From positions 2,112,001-2,176,000 of the forward strand of contig CAWHIJ010000003.1 of NCBI GenBank assembly GCA_963829525.1: a stretch of 64,000 nucleotides of DNA, written 5' to 3'. Source of the DNA: an uncultured Actinomycetota bacterium. Lineage in GTDB: Bacteria > Actinomycetota > Actinomycetes > JAHEKZ01. The position numbers and the translations under genes are program-made. Of this stretch, positions 50,472 to 60,582 are shown in pieces. Numbering within the stretch: the first letter of the stretch is position 1; each line of letters begins with the position of its first letter. Below the pieces are notes generated by a model. It was given only the letters and a program-made list of their open reading frames with translations, was not told the origin of the DNA and did not search any database.

Positions 50472-50791
50472 ACGGCGGCGGGAACCCCGGCCGCGGCTCG
50501 GGATCCATCTTCGCCATCCTCACCCCGACGAGTTGGCACAGCGGGTGCAGAGGCGAGCTCGGCGAGGGCGATGTCGTCGCCAACGTTGCGTAGGACCTGG
50601 GAGAGCGGGACTTCAAGAGCTCCACAGATCGAGGCGAGCAACTCGCTGCTGGCCTCTTTCTGACCACGCTCGATCTCCGAGAGGTATCCCAGGGAGACCC
50701 GAGCCGACGCGGAGACCTGGCGGAGCGTACGACCCTGTTGCTGCCGCTGACGGCGCAACTCATCGCCGAGGTGTTGACGTAACACGATCAT
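50468..50791 (-). CDS. clgR: ClgR-like XRE transcriptional regulator
   Basis: [21 protein letters not shown] signature; located after pgsA-cinA. Confidence 0.88.
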   Translation of the reverse strand: MIVLRQHLGDELRRQRQQQGRTLRQVSASARVSLGYLSEIERGQKEASSELLASICGALEVPLSQVLRNVGDDIALAELASAPAVPTRRGEDGEDGSRAAAGVPAAV

Positions 50792-50838
50792 CGGCGCTCC
50801 CTCCGATCCAGGCCCGAAACAGGATCCAACACAACGAT

Positions 50839-51411
50839 CTAAACCATGTCCCCGTTGGCGGGGGTTGCCCCAGTGTAACCGCGGGGACCCACAGAGGCTT
50901 CCCCGGCGAGCCCGAGGCGCTCCAGAACCGCCGCCAGCGCGATCTGGACGGTCTTCTGCCGGATGGATCCCCGGTCACCTTCCGCGGCCAGATCGAGCCG
51001 GTGCACGACAGATCCCGCGGCATCTGAGATCGCCACGTAGACCTCGCCGACCGGGCACCCCGCCTGTGGGTCGGGTCCGGCCACCCCGGTGGTGGCGAGC
51101 CCGACATCGGCCTGCCACAGCTGCCGAACCGACGATGCCATTGCTACGGCCACTCGCGAGTCCACGGGCCCGCGGGACGCGAGGAGGTCGGCGTCGACAT
51201 GGAGAACGGACGACTTCGTATCGGTGGCGTAGACGACGGGGCCCCCACGCAACACCGCACTGGCCCCCGGTACCTCCGTCAGCGTGGCCATGACCAACCC
51301 ACCGGTGAGTGACTCAGCCACCGCCAGAGTGAGATCTCGCTGGCTCATGGCCTGCACCACGGCCGCTGCGCCGTGGCCCGCCGCTGGCAGCGCAGCTGCA
51401 GACTCGGTCAC
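50839..51411 (-). CDS. cinA: CinA C-terminal domain protein (NMN deamidase-like)
   Basis: [13 protein letters not shown] and TTGVAGP. Confidence 0.9.
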   Translation of the reverse strand: MTESAAALPAAGHGAAAVVQAMSQRDLTLAVAESLTGGLVMATLTEVPGASAVLRGGPVVYATDTKSSVLHVDADLLASRGPVDSRVAVAMASSVRQLWQADVGLATTGVAGPDPQAGCPVGEVYVAISDAAGSVVHRLDLAAEGDRGSIRQKTVQIALAAVLERLGLAGEASVGPRGYTGATPANGDMV

Positions 51412-52010
51412 GCCTGAGCCTGCCGCTGCGGCGTCTCGGCCGTTCCCCGACGCAGGGCCATCGCGCGGAACGTGTAGTCGACGCCCGTCACCACAGTCAC
51501 TATGACAGCGGCGCCCATGACCCACTCGGCCACGGCGAAGGCTCCGCTGGCCAATGGCAGGAGATACAGGGTGATGGCCAAGATCTGCAGCGCCGTCTTG
51601 AGCTTGCCTCCACGACTGGCGGCGATCACGCCGTGCCGGATCACCCAGAACCGCAGCCCGGTGACAGCGATCTCTCGGGAGATGATCACGATCGTCACCC
51701 ACCAGGGCAGCAGCTCGAACCACGAGAGCAGCACGAGAGCAGATCCGGTCAGGGCCTTGTCGGCGATGGGGTCGGCGATCTTGCCGAACGATGTCACCTG
51801 GCCAGTGCGCCGAGCCCACTCTCCATCGACGAGATCGGTCACCGCTGCCACGAGGAAGATCAGGGCCGCCCAGGCCTGCCATGCCTCAGCGTCGCGTTCG
51901 AAGCCCACCCACGCGACCACCAAGAAGACCGGAACGAGCAGCAGGCGGCCAACCGTCAGCGCGTTGGGAACGTTCCACGAGGAGACTTCAGCAGTGCTCT
52001 CGTCGCTCAT
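51408..52010 (-). CDS. pgsA: CDP-diacylglycerol--glycerol-3-phosphate phosphatidyltransferase
   Basis: PNALT..R and D..DG..AR..FGK..DP.ADK. Confidence 0.95.
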   Translation of the reverse strand: MSDESTAEVSSWNVPNALTVGRLLLVPVFLVVAWVGFERDAEAWQAWAALIFLVAAVTDLVDGEWARRTGQVTSFGKIADPIADKALTGSALVLLSWFELLPWWVTIVIISREIAVTGLRFWVIRHGVIAASRGGKLKTALQILAITLYLLPLASGAFAVAEWVMGAAVIVTVVTGVDYTFRAMALRRGTAETPQRQAQA

Positions 52011-53416
52011 CAGCGCTGGCCCGACGTCATCGGCTCGGCGATGAGGTCGACGCCGGCAGAGGCTACGACCAGCGCCTCGATCCATGTTCCGATCGGAGCC
52101 TCGACGCCAGGCAGCTCCACCACTCCATCAACGTCGGGCCCCTGGTGAGCCGCTCGTCCGATCGATACTCCGTCGGCATGTTCCTCGACCAAGACATGCA
52201 ACACCTCACCAATCCGCTCAGCTGCCCGATCGGCCACCAGCGCCTCAACGAGCTGGTCGACGTGCCGGCGACGCTCCTCGATCTCCTGATCGGAGAGCTG
52301 TCCGCTGAGGTGAGCAGCCTCGGTGCCGTCCTCATCGGAGTAGCCGAAGACACCGACGACATCGAGCCGGGCATCGGTCAGGAAATCGGTGAGCAGGTGG
52401 ATATCGTCTTCGGTCTCGCCAGGGAATCCAACGATGACGTTCGAACGAATTCCCGCAGTCGGCGCCTGCGCCCGCACAGAGCCGATCAGAGTGAGGAAAG
52501 CCTCGGCGTCACCGAACCGGCGCATCCGACGGAGCAGTGGACCGCTGGCGTGCTGGAAGGACAGGTCGAAGTACGGCGCAACGCCAGGCGTACCCGCCAT
52601 CACCTCCACGAGACTCGGGCGCACCTCGGCCGGCTGCAGATAGCTGACTCTGACCCGGTCGATGCCGTCGACCGCAACCAGGTTCGGCAGCAGGCGTTCC
52701 AGCGCTTGCAGGTCGCCGAGGTCCTTGCCATAGGAGGTTGAGTTCTCGCTCACCAGAAATACCTCGCGGACGCCGCGCGCGGCAAGCCACCCTGTCTCGT
52801 CGACGATCGCCTGTGGCGACCGCGAGACGAACGAACCGCGGAAACGGGGAATCGCGCAGAAGGCGCAGCGACGGTCGCACCCGGAGGCAATCTTCACCGG
52901 CGCCATGGGGCTGGAGTCCAGGCGCCGGCGCGGCACCCTCGGCCCGGACGCCGGTCCGGCAAGACCGGGGGCCGGCGCCGCAGGGACCGCACGGTCCGCC
53001 GGCGCCAGAGGCAGCAGCAACCGGCGGTCCTGCGGAACGGGAGCGGCCGGACGGTCTCCAGCCAGAACCGCCTGCACCTTGGCAGCGATGTCGGGGTAGT
53101 CGTCGAAACCGAGCACCGCGTCGACCTCGCCCAGCTCACCGGCCAACTCGGTGCCATAACGCTCGGCCAGGCACCCGACGGCAATGACCGCCTGCGGTCC
53201 ACCAACCCTCTTGAGGTCTGCGGCGGCCAACATGGTGTCGATCGAGTCCTTCTTGGCTGCGGCCACGAAGCCGCAGGTGTTGACGACTACGGCATCTGCG
53301 TCCGCCGGCTCGTCGACGAGTTCGAGGCCGGCCTCAGCGAAGCGTCCAGCAAGCTCTTCGGAATCGACCTCGTTGCGCGCACAACCAAGGGTTACCAACG
53401 ACACCCGCGGCGTCAC
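52010..53416 (-). CDS. rimO: Ribosomal protein S12 methylthiotransferase
   Basis: [16 protein letters not shown] and CDRRCAFC. Confidence 0.95.
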   Translation of the reverse strand: MTPRVSLVTLGCARNEVDSEELAGRFAEAGLELVDEPADADAVVVNTCGFVAAAKKDSIDTMLAAADLKRVGGPQAVIAVGCLAERYGTELAGELGEVDAVLGFDDYPDIAAKVQAVLAGDRPAAPVPQDRRLLLPLAPADRAVPAAPAPGLAGPASGPRVPRRRLDSSPMAPVKIASGCDRRCAFCAIPRFRGSFVSRSPQAIVDETGWLAARGVREVFLVSENSTSYGKDLGDLQALERLLPNLVAVDGIDRVRVSYLQPAEVRPSLVEVMAGTPGVAPYFDLSFQHASGPLLRRMRRFGDAEAFLTLIGSVRAQAPTAGIRSNVIVGFPGETEDDIHLLTDFLTDARLDVVGVFGYSDEDGTEAAHLSGQLSDQEIEERRRHVDQLVEALVADRAAERIGEVLHVLVEEHADGVSIGRAAHQGPDVDGVVELPGVEAPIGTWIEALVVASAGVDLIAEPMTSGQR

Positions 53417-53417
53417 G

Positions 53418-54237
53418 TCAGCCTGCAGTCCCGTCGGGATCCTTCGGGGTGAACTCCAGACTGGCGACCTCACCCTGACCTCCAGGTGAACCGAGGTCCT
53501 GGCCGTTGACGGTGAGCTTGACGCCTGCCGCGTTGCCCAAGACGACCTTGAGGTTTCTGTCGTCCCGGAACGTCTTCGACTGCCCGCTACCGATGTTGCC
53601 GGTGAACGCGATCGAACCATCTGAGCGGGTCACCTGCACCCAGCTGATGCCGACTGGGAGCGCAGTGATTTGAACAACAACTTCGTCAGGGGTTGCCTCG
53701 GCGACCTGAGTCGGCTTGTCGGATGGGTCGTTCGTCTCGGGATCGGTCGCGCTTGGCGTTGGCTCGGGTTCGGCCACAGTTGTGGTGGGACGGCCATCGT
53801 CAGATGTCGTGAAGACCTGTGCCACGACCAACCCGACCGCTATCACCAGTGCGGCGGCCATGATGGCGCTCCAGTTCGCCCCTCTGCGGCGAGAGGGTGC
53901 TGCGGTCTCTGACTCGAAGACCTCGGTGGCAGAGGGGGCCACCGAGCCGTGCTCAAGGTCGTATGCCTCGATCCACGGGGTGGCATCAACACCGACTGCG
54001 GTTGCGATCGCCCTGAGGTGACCGCGGGCGTACACGTCGCCGCCGCAGTGGGCGAAGTTGTCCGTCTCGATCTCGCCGATCACCGTCGCCCGGATCCGGG
54101 TACGCTCGGCGACCTCGGCGAGCGAGAGGCCAGCTGCTGCACGAGCCGCAGAGACCTCGTGACCGATGGACTGCGAATGCTTTGGAGCTGGGTTTTCGGG
54201 CGCTGAGGTTTTCGGGCGCTGGCGACTCTCCGGACAC
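53418..54237 (-). CDS. rodZ: RodZ-like HTH + TM + DUF4115 protein (+1 frameshift in an N-terminal tandem repeat)
   Basis: SIG..AR...[22 protein letters not shown] and LGNAAGV.LTVNG; GTG 54237 with AGGGGAGG RBS is one base out of frame. Confidence 0.82.
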
Positions 54238-54362
54238 GTGACCTCCCCTCTGAGCGCAGACTGTTGACACCCCTAGTCTACGGCCGGGGGTGCTGGCAAG
54301 ACAAAGCCGCCAAACGGTCCTCATTCGCGTCCCGGCTGACCCAATGCTCAGGCGGCTCGCAA

Positions 54363-56912
54363 CTACTCCCCTCGGAGGGTGATCAACACAGCTGGAAGCT
54401 CATCTGGCTTGACCAGCACATCGCGCGCTTTGGAGCCCTCAGAGGGGCCGACAATCCCTCTGCTCTCCATGAGGTCCATCAGTCGTCCGGCCTTGGCAAA
54501 GCCCACGCGCAGTTTGCGCTGCAGCATCGACGTGGACCCGAACTGCGTGTCGACGACAAGCTCTACAGCCTGGAGCAAAAGGTCCAGATCGTCGCCGATG
54601 TCACCGTCGACTTCTCTGCGGGTTGGGGCAGCCGTGATGTCGTCGCGGTAGGTCGGCTGTAGCTGACCTTTGACGTGCGCGACGACCGCCGCAACTTCTG
54701 CCTCGGTAACCCACGACCCTTGAACCCGGATGGGCTTGCTCGCACCCATCGGAAGGAAGAGCGCGTCGCCTTGGCCGACGAGCTTCTCTGCACCAGGCTG
54801 GTCGAGGATCACTCGACTGTCGGCAAGCGACGATGTGGCGAAGGCAAACCGACTGGGCACGTTCGCCTTGATCAGACCCGTGACCACATCGACGCTCGGA
54901 CGTTGGGTAGCCAACACCAGGTGGATCCCAGCGGCTCGTGCGAGCTGGGTGATGCGGACGATCGAGTCCTCGACGTCTCGCGGGGCCACCATCATCAGAT
55001 CAGCGAGCTCGTCGACGACGACGAGCAGGTATGGATACGGCTGCAGGTTGCGCTCACTACCGGTCGGCGGCTTGACCGAACCCGCGCGCACCGCCTTGTT
55101 GAAGTCGTCGACATGTCGAAAGCCGTACGCCGCAAGATCGTCGTAGCGCATCTCCATCTCGCGTACGACCCACTGCAGGGCGTCGGCTGCCTTCTTCGGG
55201 CTGGTGATGATCGGTGTGATCAGGTGTGGGATGCCTTCGTAGACCGTTAGCTCAACGCGCTTGGGGTCGACAAGGACCATGCGCACCTCGTCTGGTGTCG
55301 AGCGCATGAGAATGCTGGTGATCAACGCATTCATGCATCCGCTCTTGCCTGCACCGGTGGCGCCGGCAACCAGAACGTGCGGCATTTTCGCCAGATTCGC
55401 ACAGACGTACCCACCCTCGACGTCCTTGCCGAGGCCCACCACCATCGGGTGGTGGTCACTGCTAGCGGCCGACGAGCGCATGACATCGCCGAGGCTGACG
55501 ATCTCGCGGTCGGTATTCGGTATCTCGATCCCGATTGCCGACTTGCCGGGGATGGGCGAAAGGATTCGGACGTCGGCGCTAGCCACCGCGTACGCGATGT
55601 TCTTGCTGAGCGCAGTGACGCGCTCCACCTTGATTCCGGGGCCGAGCTCGACCTCGTACCTCGTGACAGTTGGCCCGCGGGTAAAACCGGTGACCCTCGC
55701 GTCGATCCCGAACTGCTCCAGCACCTCGGTCAGCGACGCGACGACGGCGTCGTTGGCCTTGCTGCGCAGCTTGTGCGGGGTTCCGGTGCGCAGCAAGGAA
55801 GGGTCGGGGAGCGTGTAGGTGACATCGCCGCCCAAGAGCAGCTGCTCCACACGCGCTGGAAGGGGAGACGAGGTGGAGACCTCGCCCAGCTTGGTGACCG
55901 GACCGCTTTCTGGGACGGTCCCCGGCGCGATGAGAGCCGGAGAGGGAACCGCGACTACGTCGAAGTCACCGTTGTCGAGGTCGTCGATGCCCTCGACAAC
56001 CGAGAGCTCGTCGGCCAGCACAGGTGACTCGAAGGCCTCTGGGCCCGTGGGCAGCAACAGCTCAGGCTCTCGTCTCGAGCGGAACCATCTGCGACTGCGC
56101 CGTCTGGGATGCCCTTCGGTTCCTCCCAGGTCGTGGCTGTCCGCGTCGACAAGGTCGATCACCTCCTCAACCGGCCGGCCGTAGAGCACCCGGTCACGAA
56201 TGACGGCGAGCCGCTCGGGCACCTGGTGCACCGGGGTCGCGGTCAAGATGAGGAGGCCGAAGGCGACCATCAGCAGCATCAGTGGAACAGCGAGCCAAAC
56301 CGTCAGACCCGATACGAGAGGCGCGGCCACCATGAATCCCAGGAACCCCCCACCTGAGCGCATCGCCTCAGATCCTTCAAACGGCTGGGGCGTTCCGGCG
56401 AGCGCGTGCGCGATCCCGAGCACACCGCCGATCGTGGCTGCCCACCCGATCACCAGTCGGCCGGTGGGGGCATGGCCTGCTGGATGACGGAGTACCCACC
56501 ACGACAGCCCTATGAGAACAAGGGGCACCGCCCAGGCAAGCCTTCCAGCACTGCCGAGCACCACGGCGTCTGCCGTGACGTCGACGGGGCCATCCAGGGA
56601 CCACCACTGCGAAGCGGCAGCCACCAGCGCGATGGCGAGCAGCAGCAGTCCGATCCCGTCGCGGCGCTGCTCGGGGTCGAGGTCACGGGCGCTCGAGCCG
56701 ATTCGTCGAGCGGCGCCACCGAGCAGGTGAGCGAGTCCGAGCCAGATACCCCTGACCGCGAGCCACAGCGCACGTACCAGCCGCTTCACCGGTCCTGGGC
56801 CGCGCCTGGCAGTGCGCGCGCGGGTGCGAGCGGAGCTCGATGTGCGCTTGGGCGTGGGGCGCGTGCTCGAGGGACGCGAGCGAGTCGCACCCCGTGGGGA
56901 AGACGAGGCCAT
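54363..56912 (-). CDS. ftsK: DNA translocase FtsK
   Basis: N-terminal TMs, AGATGAGKS, DELADLMM, ATQRPS and the gamma domain STSMLQRKLRVGFAKAGR. Confidence 0.97.
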   Translation of the reverse strand: MASSSPRGATRSRPSSTRPTPKRTSSSARTRARTARRGPGPVKRLVRALWLAVRGIWLGLAHLLGGAARRIGSSARDLDPEQRRDGIGLLLLAIALVAAASQWWSLDGPVDVTADAVVLGSAGRLAWAVPLVLIGLSWWVLRHPAGHAPTGRLVIGWAATIGGVLGIAHALAGTPQPFEGSEAMRSGGGFLGFMVAAPLVSGLTVWLAVPLMLLMVAFGLLILTATPVHQVPERLAVIRDRVLYGRPVEEVIDLVDADSHDLGGTEGHPRRRSRRWFRSRREPELLLPTGPEAFESPVLADELSVVEGIDDLDNGDFDVVAVPSPALIAPGTVPESGPVTKLGEVSTSSPLPARVEQLLLGGDVTYTLPDPSLLRTGTPHKLRSKANDAVVASLTEVLEQFGIDARVTGFTRGPTVTRYEVELGPGIKVERVTALSKNIAYAVASADVRILSPIPGKSAIGIEIPNTDREIVSLGDVMRSSAASSDHHPMVVGLGKDVEGGYVCANLAKMPHVLVAGATGAGKSGCMNALITSILMRSTPDEVRMVLVDPKRVELTVYEGIPHLITPIITSPKKAADALQWVVREMEMRYDDLAAYGFRHVDDFNKAVRAGSVKPPTGSERNLQPYPYLLVVVDELADLMMVAPRDVEDSIVRITQLARAAGIHLVLATQRPSVDVVTGLIKANVPSRFAFATSSLADSRVILDQPGAEKLVGQGDALFLPMGASKPIRVQGSWVTEAEVAAVVAHVKGQLQPTYRDDITAAPTRREVDGDIGDDLDLLLQAVELVVDTQFGSTSMLQRKLRVGFAKAGRLMDLMESRGIVGPSEGSKARDVLVKPDELPAVLITLRGE

Positions 56913-57026
56913 GGTTGGCAGGCTACCGAGCGTCTTGACCCGATCACCGCTGATCGCGCGGTGTGTCGCGCTCCTTGGCACCCCAGCGGACGCCAGAACC
57001 CCTCGGAATCGGGGGGATCGCCGGCC

Positions 57027-58715
57027 TCAGACCTCGATGACGACCGGGATGATCATCGGCTTGCGTCGATGCGCGCTGCTGACCCAGCGACCCACGGTGC
57101 GCCGGACGACTTGCTGCAGCTGGTGCGCTTCGCCTATCCCTCGGCCTCCTGCATCTTCCAATGCGGCGGTAATGAGTGGAAGGACGTCATTGAACACCGA
57201 GTCGTCCTCGAGGAACCCGCGGGCGGACACGACGGGGCCACCCACCACCTTCCCCGTGGCAGAGTCGACAACGACGTGAACCGAGATGAAACCCTCGGAG
57301 CCCAGGATGCGGCGGTCCTTCAGGGAGGCTTCGGTGATGTTGCCCACCGACGCTCCGTCGACGTAGACGTATCCGCAGGGAACAGCCCCGACGATGCGCG
57401 CGTGACCGTCGACCAGGTCGACGACAACGCCGTCCTCGGCCATCGGGACGTTGCGCGGCTCGACACCGGTCGCAATTGCGAGGTCAGCGTTGGCGCGCAG
57501 GTGTCGAGTCTCTCCGTGAACCGGCATGACGTTCGTCGGCCGCACGATGTTGTACAGGTAGAGAAGTTCGCCTGCGGCAGCGTGCCCGGAGACGTGAACC
57601 ATCGCGTTGCCCTTGTGCACCACCGTGGCGCCCCACCGCATCAGTCCGTTGATCACCCGGTAGACGGCGTTCTCGTTGCCGGGGATCAGCGACGAAGCGA
57701 GGATGACGGTGTCGTCCGGTCCCAGCACGATGCTGTGGTCACGTCCGGCGATGCGAGAGAGCACTGCCATCGGCTCACCCTGTGATCCGGTGCAGATCAG
57801 CACAACGCCATCGTCAGGATGGTCGTCGAGCGACTTGACATCGACAACGGTGTCAGCCGGGATCGTCAGATACCCCAGGTCGCGGGCGATGCCCATGTTC
57901 CGCACCATCGAGCGACCGACGAACGCCACTTTGCGTCGATGCTTGCGAGCGATGTCGATGATCTGCTGAACGCGATGGATGTGCGAGGCAAACGAGGCCA
58001 CGATGATCCGGCGCTCGCTCTGGGCAAAGTACCTGTCAAGGACGGGCACGATGTCCTTCTCGGAGGCAACGAACCCGGGCACCTCGGCGTTGGTGGAGTC
58101 GACCAACATCAGGTCAACCCCTTCATCGCCCAACCGGGCAAAGGCGCGAAGATCGGTGACGCGGCCGTCGAGAGGCAACTGGTCCATCTTGAAGTCACCG
58201 GTGTGAACTACCAGTTGGCCTGCTGGAGTGCGTATTGCGACAGCCAGCGCGTCAGGGATGGAGTGGTTGACGGCGATGTACTCGAGATCAAACGGCGCCA
58301 AAGCGGTGCGGCCGCCTTCGGTCACCGTCGTCGTGACCGGGGTGATCCGATGCTCACGCAGCTTGGCCTCGACGAACGCCAAGGTCAGTCGCGAGCCAAA
58401 GAGCGGAATATCAGCACGCTCGCGGAGCAGGTAGGGCACGGCTCCGATGTGATCCTCGTGCCCGTGAGTGAGCACCAGCCCGACGACGTCATCAAGACGG
58501 TCTCTGATGTAGTCGAAGTCGGGGAGGATCAGATCGATCCCGGGCTGGTCGTCTTCTGGGAAGAGCACGCCACAGTCGACGATCAAGAGCTTGCCCTCAA
58601 ACTCGAAGACCGTCATGTTGCGGCCGATCTCGCCGAGTCCTCCGAGCGGGACGATGCGCAATGACCCTTGTGGGGCAGGAGGTGGGGGTCCGAGCTCGGG
58701 GTGCGGATGGCTCAT
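57027..58715 (-). CDS. rnj: Ribonuclease J
   Basis: LGGLGEIGRN, THGHEDHIG, HVSGH and PVHGE. Confidence 0.97.
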   Translation of the reverse strand: MSHPHPELGPPPPAPQGSLRIVPLGGLGEIGRNMTVFEFEGKLLIVDCGVLFPEDDQPGIDLILPDFDYIRDRLDDVVGLVLTHGHEDHIGAVPYLLRERADIPLFGSRLTLAFVEAKLREHRITPVTTTVTEGGRTALAPFDLEYIAVNHSIPDALAVAIRTPAGQLVVHTGDFKMDQLPLDGRVTDLRAFARLGDEGVDLMLVDSTNAEVPGFVASEKDIVPVLDRYFAQSERRIIVASFASHIHRVQQIIDIARKHRRKVAFVGRSMVRNMGIARDLGYLTIPADTVVDVKSLDDHPDDGVVLICTGSQGEPMAVLSRIAGRDHSIVLGPDDTVILASSLIPGNENAVYRVINGLMRWGATVVHKGNAMVHVSGHAAAGELLYLYNIVRPTNVMPVHGETRHLRANADLAIATGVEPRNVPMAEDGVVVDLVDGHARIVGAVPCGYVYVDGASVGNITEASLKDRRILGSEGFISVHVVVDSATGKVVGGPVVSARGFLEDDSVFNDVLPLITAALEDAGGRGIGEAHQLQQVVRRTVGRWVSSAHRRKPMIIPVVIEV

Positions 58716-59623
58716 GCGGTAAATCCCTCGACGCCGCCATCGGCAAGGTCGAGCGTCAAGGTGGCGAACTCTTCCTGGGTGAGATCGACAAGCGGTGGTC
58801 GGACGGCACCACCGATCACCCCGAGCTGGGAGAGGGCCGCCTTGGTGGTCATCAGCCCCTGTGTCCGGAAGAGGCCGGTGTAGACCGGGAGAAGGCCGAG
58901 ATGCAGGCGCGTCGCAGTGAACACGTCGCCTGACTCATAGGCAGCGATCATCTCACCGATCCGACGAGCCACCAGATGCGCGGCCACGCTGACAACGCCG
59001 ACGCCACCGATACTCAACAGCGGCAGGGTCAGGACGTCATCACCGGAGTACCAGGCAAGGTCAGTACGGGCGATCACCCACGAGGAAGCTTCAAGATCTG
59101 CTTTGGCATCTTTGACTGCGACGATCTTCTCGTGTTCGGCCGCTCGCACCATCGTCTCGACGTCGATCGCGACTCCTGTGCGCCCCGGGATGTCGTAGAG
59201 CATGACGGGAAGCTCTGTTGAGTCAGCCACCATCGTCAGGTGGGTGAGCACACCCTCCTGTGGAGGCCGGTTGTAGTAAGGAGACACCACCAGCAGCGCG
59301 TGCGCACCCGCCTTCGCGGCCAGCCGGGCCCGTTCGATCGCATGGACGGTGTCGTTGCTGCTCGCTCCCGCGAGAATCAAGGCACGGTCCCCCACCGCAT
59401 CGACAACGGCTCGAACGACAAGCTCCTGCTCGTGGTCGGTGGTGGTCGGTGACTCTCCCGTTGTGCCGTTGACCACGAGACCGTCGTTCCCCTGATCAAC
59501 GAGATAGGTAGCCAGCTGTTGTACGGCGTCAATATCGACGGAGAGGTCGGAGCGGAAGGGCGTGACCATCGCTGTGAGCACCCGGCCGAACGGGGCACGT
59601 CGCGAGGCGGACTGCTGGGTCAT
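58712..59623 (-). CDS. dapA: 4-hydroxy-tetrahydrodipicolinate synthase
   Basis: TAMVTPF, GTTGES, PYYN, LYDIPGR and VKDA. Confidence 0.96.
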   Translation of the reverse strand: MTQQSASRRAPFGRVLTAMVTPFRSDLSVDIDAVQQLATYLVDQGNDGLVVNGTTGESPTTTDHEQELVVRAVVDAVGDRALILAGASSNDTVHAIERARLAAKAGAHALLVVSPYYNRPPQEGVLTHLTMVADSTELPVMLYDIPGRTGVAIDVETMVRAAEHEKIVAVKDAKADLEASSWVIARTDLAWYSGDDVLTLPLLSIGGVGVVSVAAHLVARRIGEMIAAYESGDVFTATRLHLGLLPVYTGLFRTQGLMTTKAALSQLGVIGGAVRPPLVDLTQEEFATLTLDLADGGVEGFTA

Positions 59624-59667
59624 ACCTGCAGGCTATCGGGAGTCGTCAGCGGAAGGGAGGACCCCAC

Positions 59668-59763
59668 GTGCGAGAAACCCCCAGGCGACCTGACACACCT
59701 GGCGTGAGGTGCGAGAAACCCCCAGGCGACCTGACACACCTGGCGTGAGGTGCGAGAAACCCC
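59668..59763. repeat. 41-bp tandem repeat x2.3 followed by a GC hairpin
   Basis: GTGCGAGAAACCCCCAGGCGACCTGACACACCTGGCGTGAG at 59668 and 59709, partial copy at 59750; CCCCGTCACC/GGTGACGGGG stem at 59760-59799. Confidence 0.9.
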
Positions 59764-59850
59764 GTCACCACCCGCTCGGGGGGTCGGTCGGTGACGGGGT
59801 CGTCCGCTCATCGTTCCTCGACGCCGCTCCGTTACACCCAAGGGGCAGAG

Positions 59851-60573
59851 CTAGGGCGAAACCCGCCCAGCTGCCTCGAAGGCTCGGTGCGTGACCGGCA
59901 TCAGCCCGGCCCAAAAGGTCTCCATCTGCTCAGCGACCATCTCGATCTCGCGCTGTGGATAGGAGGGGAAGGCTGACCCCTCGCGCTTGGTGCGGAGCGA
60001 GAGGAAGTTCATCAGCGACCGAGCGTTCATCGTCACGTACATCGAGGAGTAGGTGGCGACAGGAAGGACGCCGCGAGCAACCTCTCTGGCCACACCGGCA
60101 TCAAGCATCTCTTGGTACGCCCGGTACGAGGACTCGCATGCCTGCTTGGTCTGCTCGACAACGGTGGAGTACTGCTCATCTGTCCCGTCGACGAAGACAT
60201 AGTGACCGGGCTTGCCCTCCTGAACCAGCTTCCGGTCCGCTGCTGGCACGTAGAAGACAGGTCGCAGCTCGCGGTAGCGACCGGACTCCTCGTTGTACGA
60301 GGCGATCCGGTGCCGCATGAACTCACGGAAGACGAAAATCGGCGCCTGCACGTAGAAGGTCATCGAGTTGTGCTCGAACGGAGAACCGTGCCGTTCGCGC
60401 ATCAGGAAGCGAATCAGCCCCTCGGATCGACCAGCGTCGGTGTCGATGTCATCGAGGGACTGCTCCCCCAACGTTGAGACACGAGCTGCGAAGAGAACGT
60501 CGGCATCTTGGGCAGCCGCCCGAACCAGCTCGACGGTCATGTCACTGCGGAACTGCATTTCAAGATCGCTCAC
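59851..60573 (-). CDS. thyX: FAD-dependent thymidylate synthase
   Basis: HGSPFEH, RHRIASYNEESGRY and N.RSLMNFL.LR..Q.EI. Confidence 0.97.
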   Translation of the reverse strand: MSDLEMQFRSDMTVELVRAAAQDADVLFAARVSTLGEQSLDDIDTDAGRSEGLIRFLMRERHGSPFEHNSMTFYVQAPIFVFREFMRHRIASYNEESGRYRELRPVFYVPAADRKLVQEGKPGHYVFVDGTDEQYSTVVEQTKQACESSYRAYQEMLDAGVAREVARGVLPVATYSSMYVTMNARSLMNFLSLRTKREGSAFPSYPQREIEMVAEQMETFWAGLMPVTHRAFEAAGRVSP

Positions 60574-60582
60574 AAGGTCACC

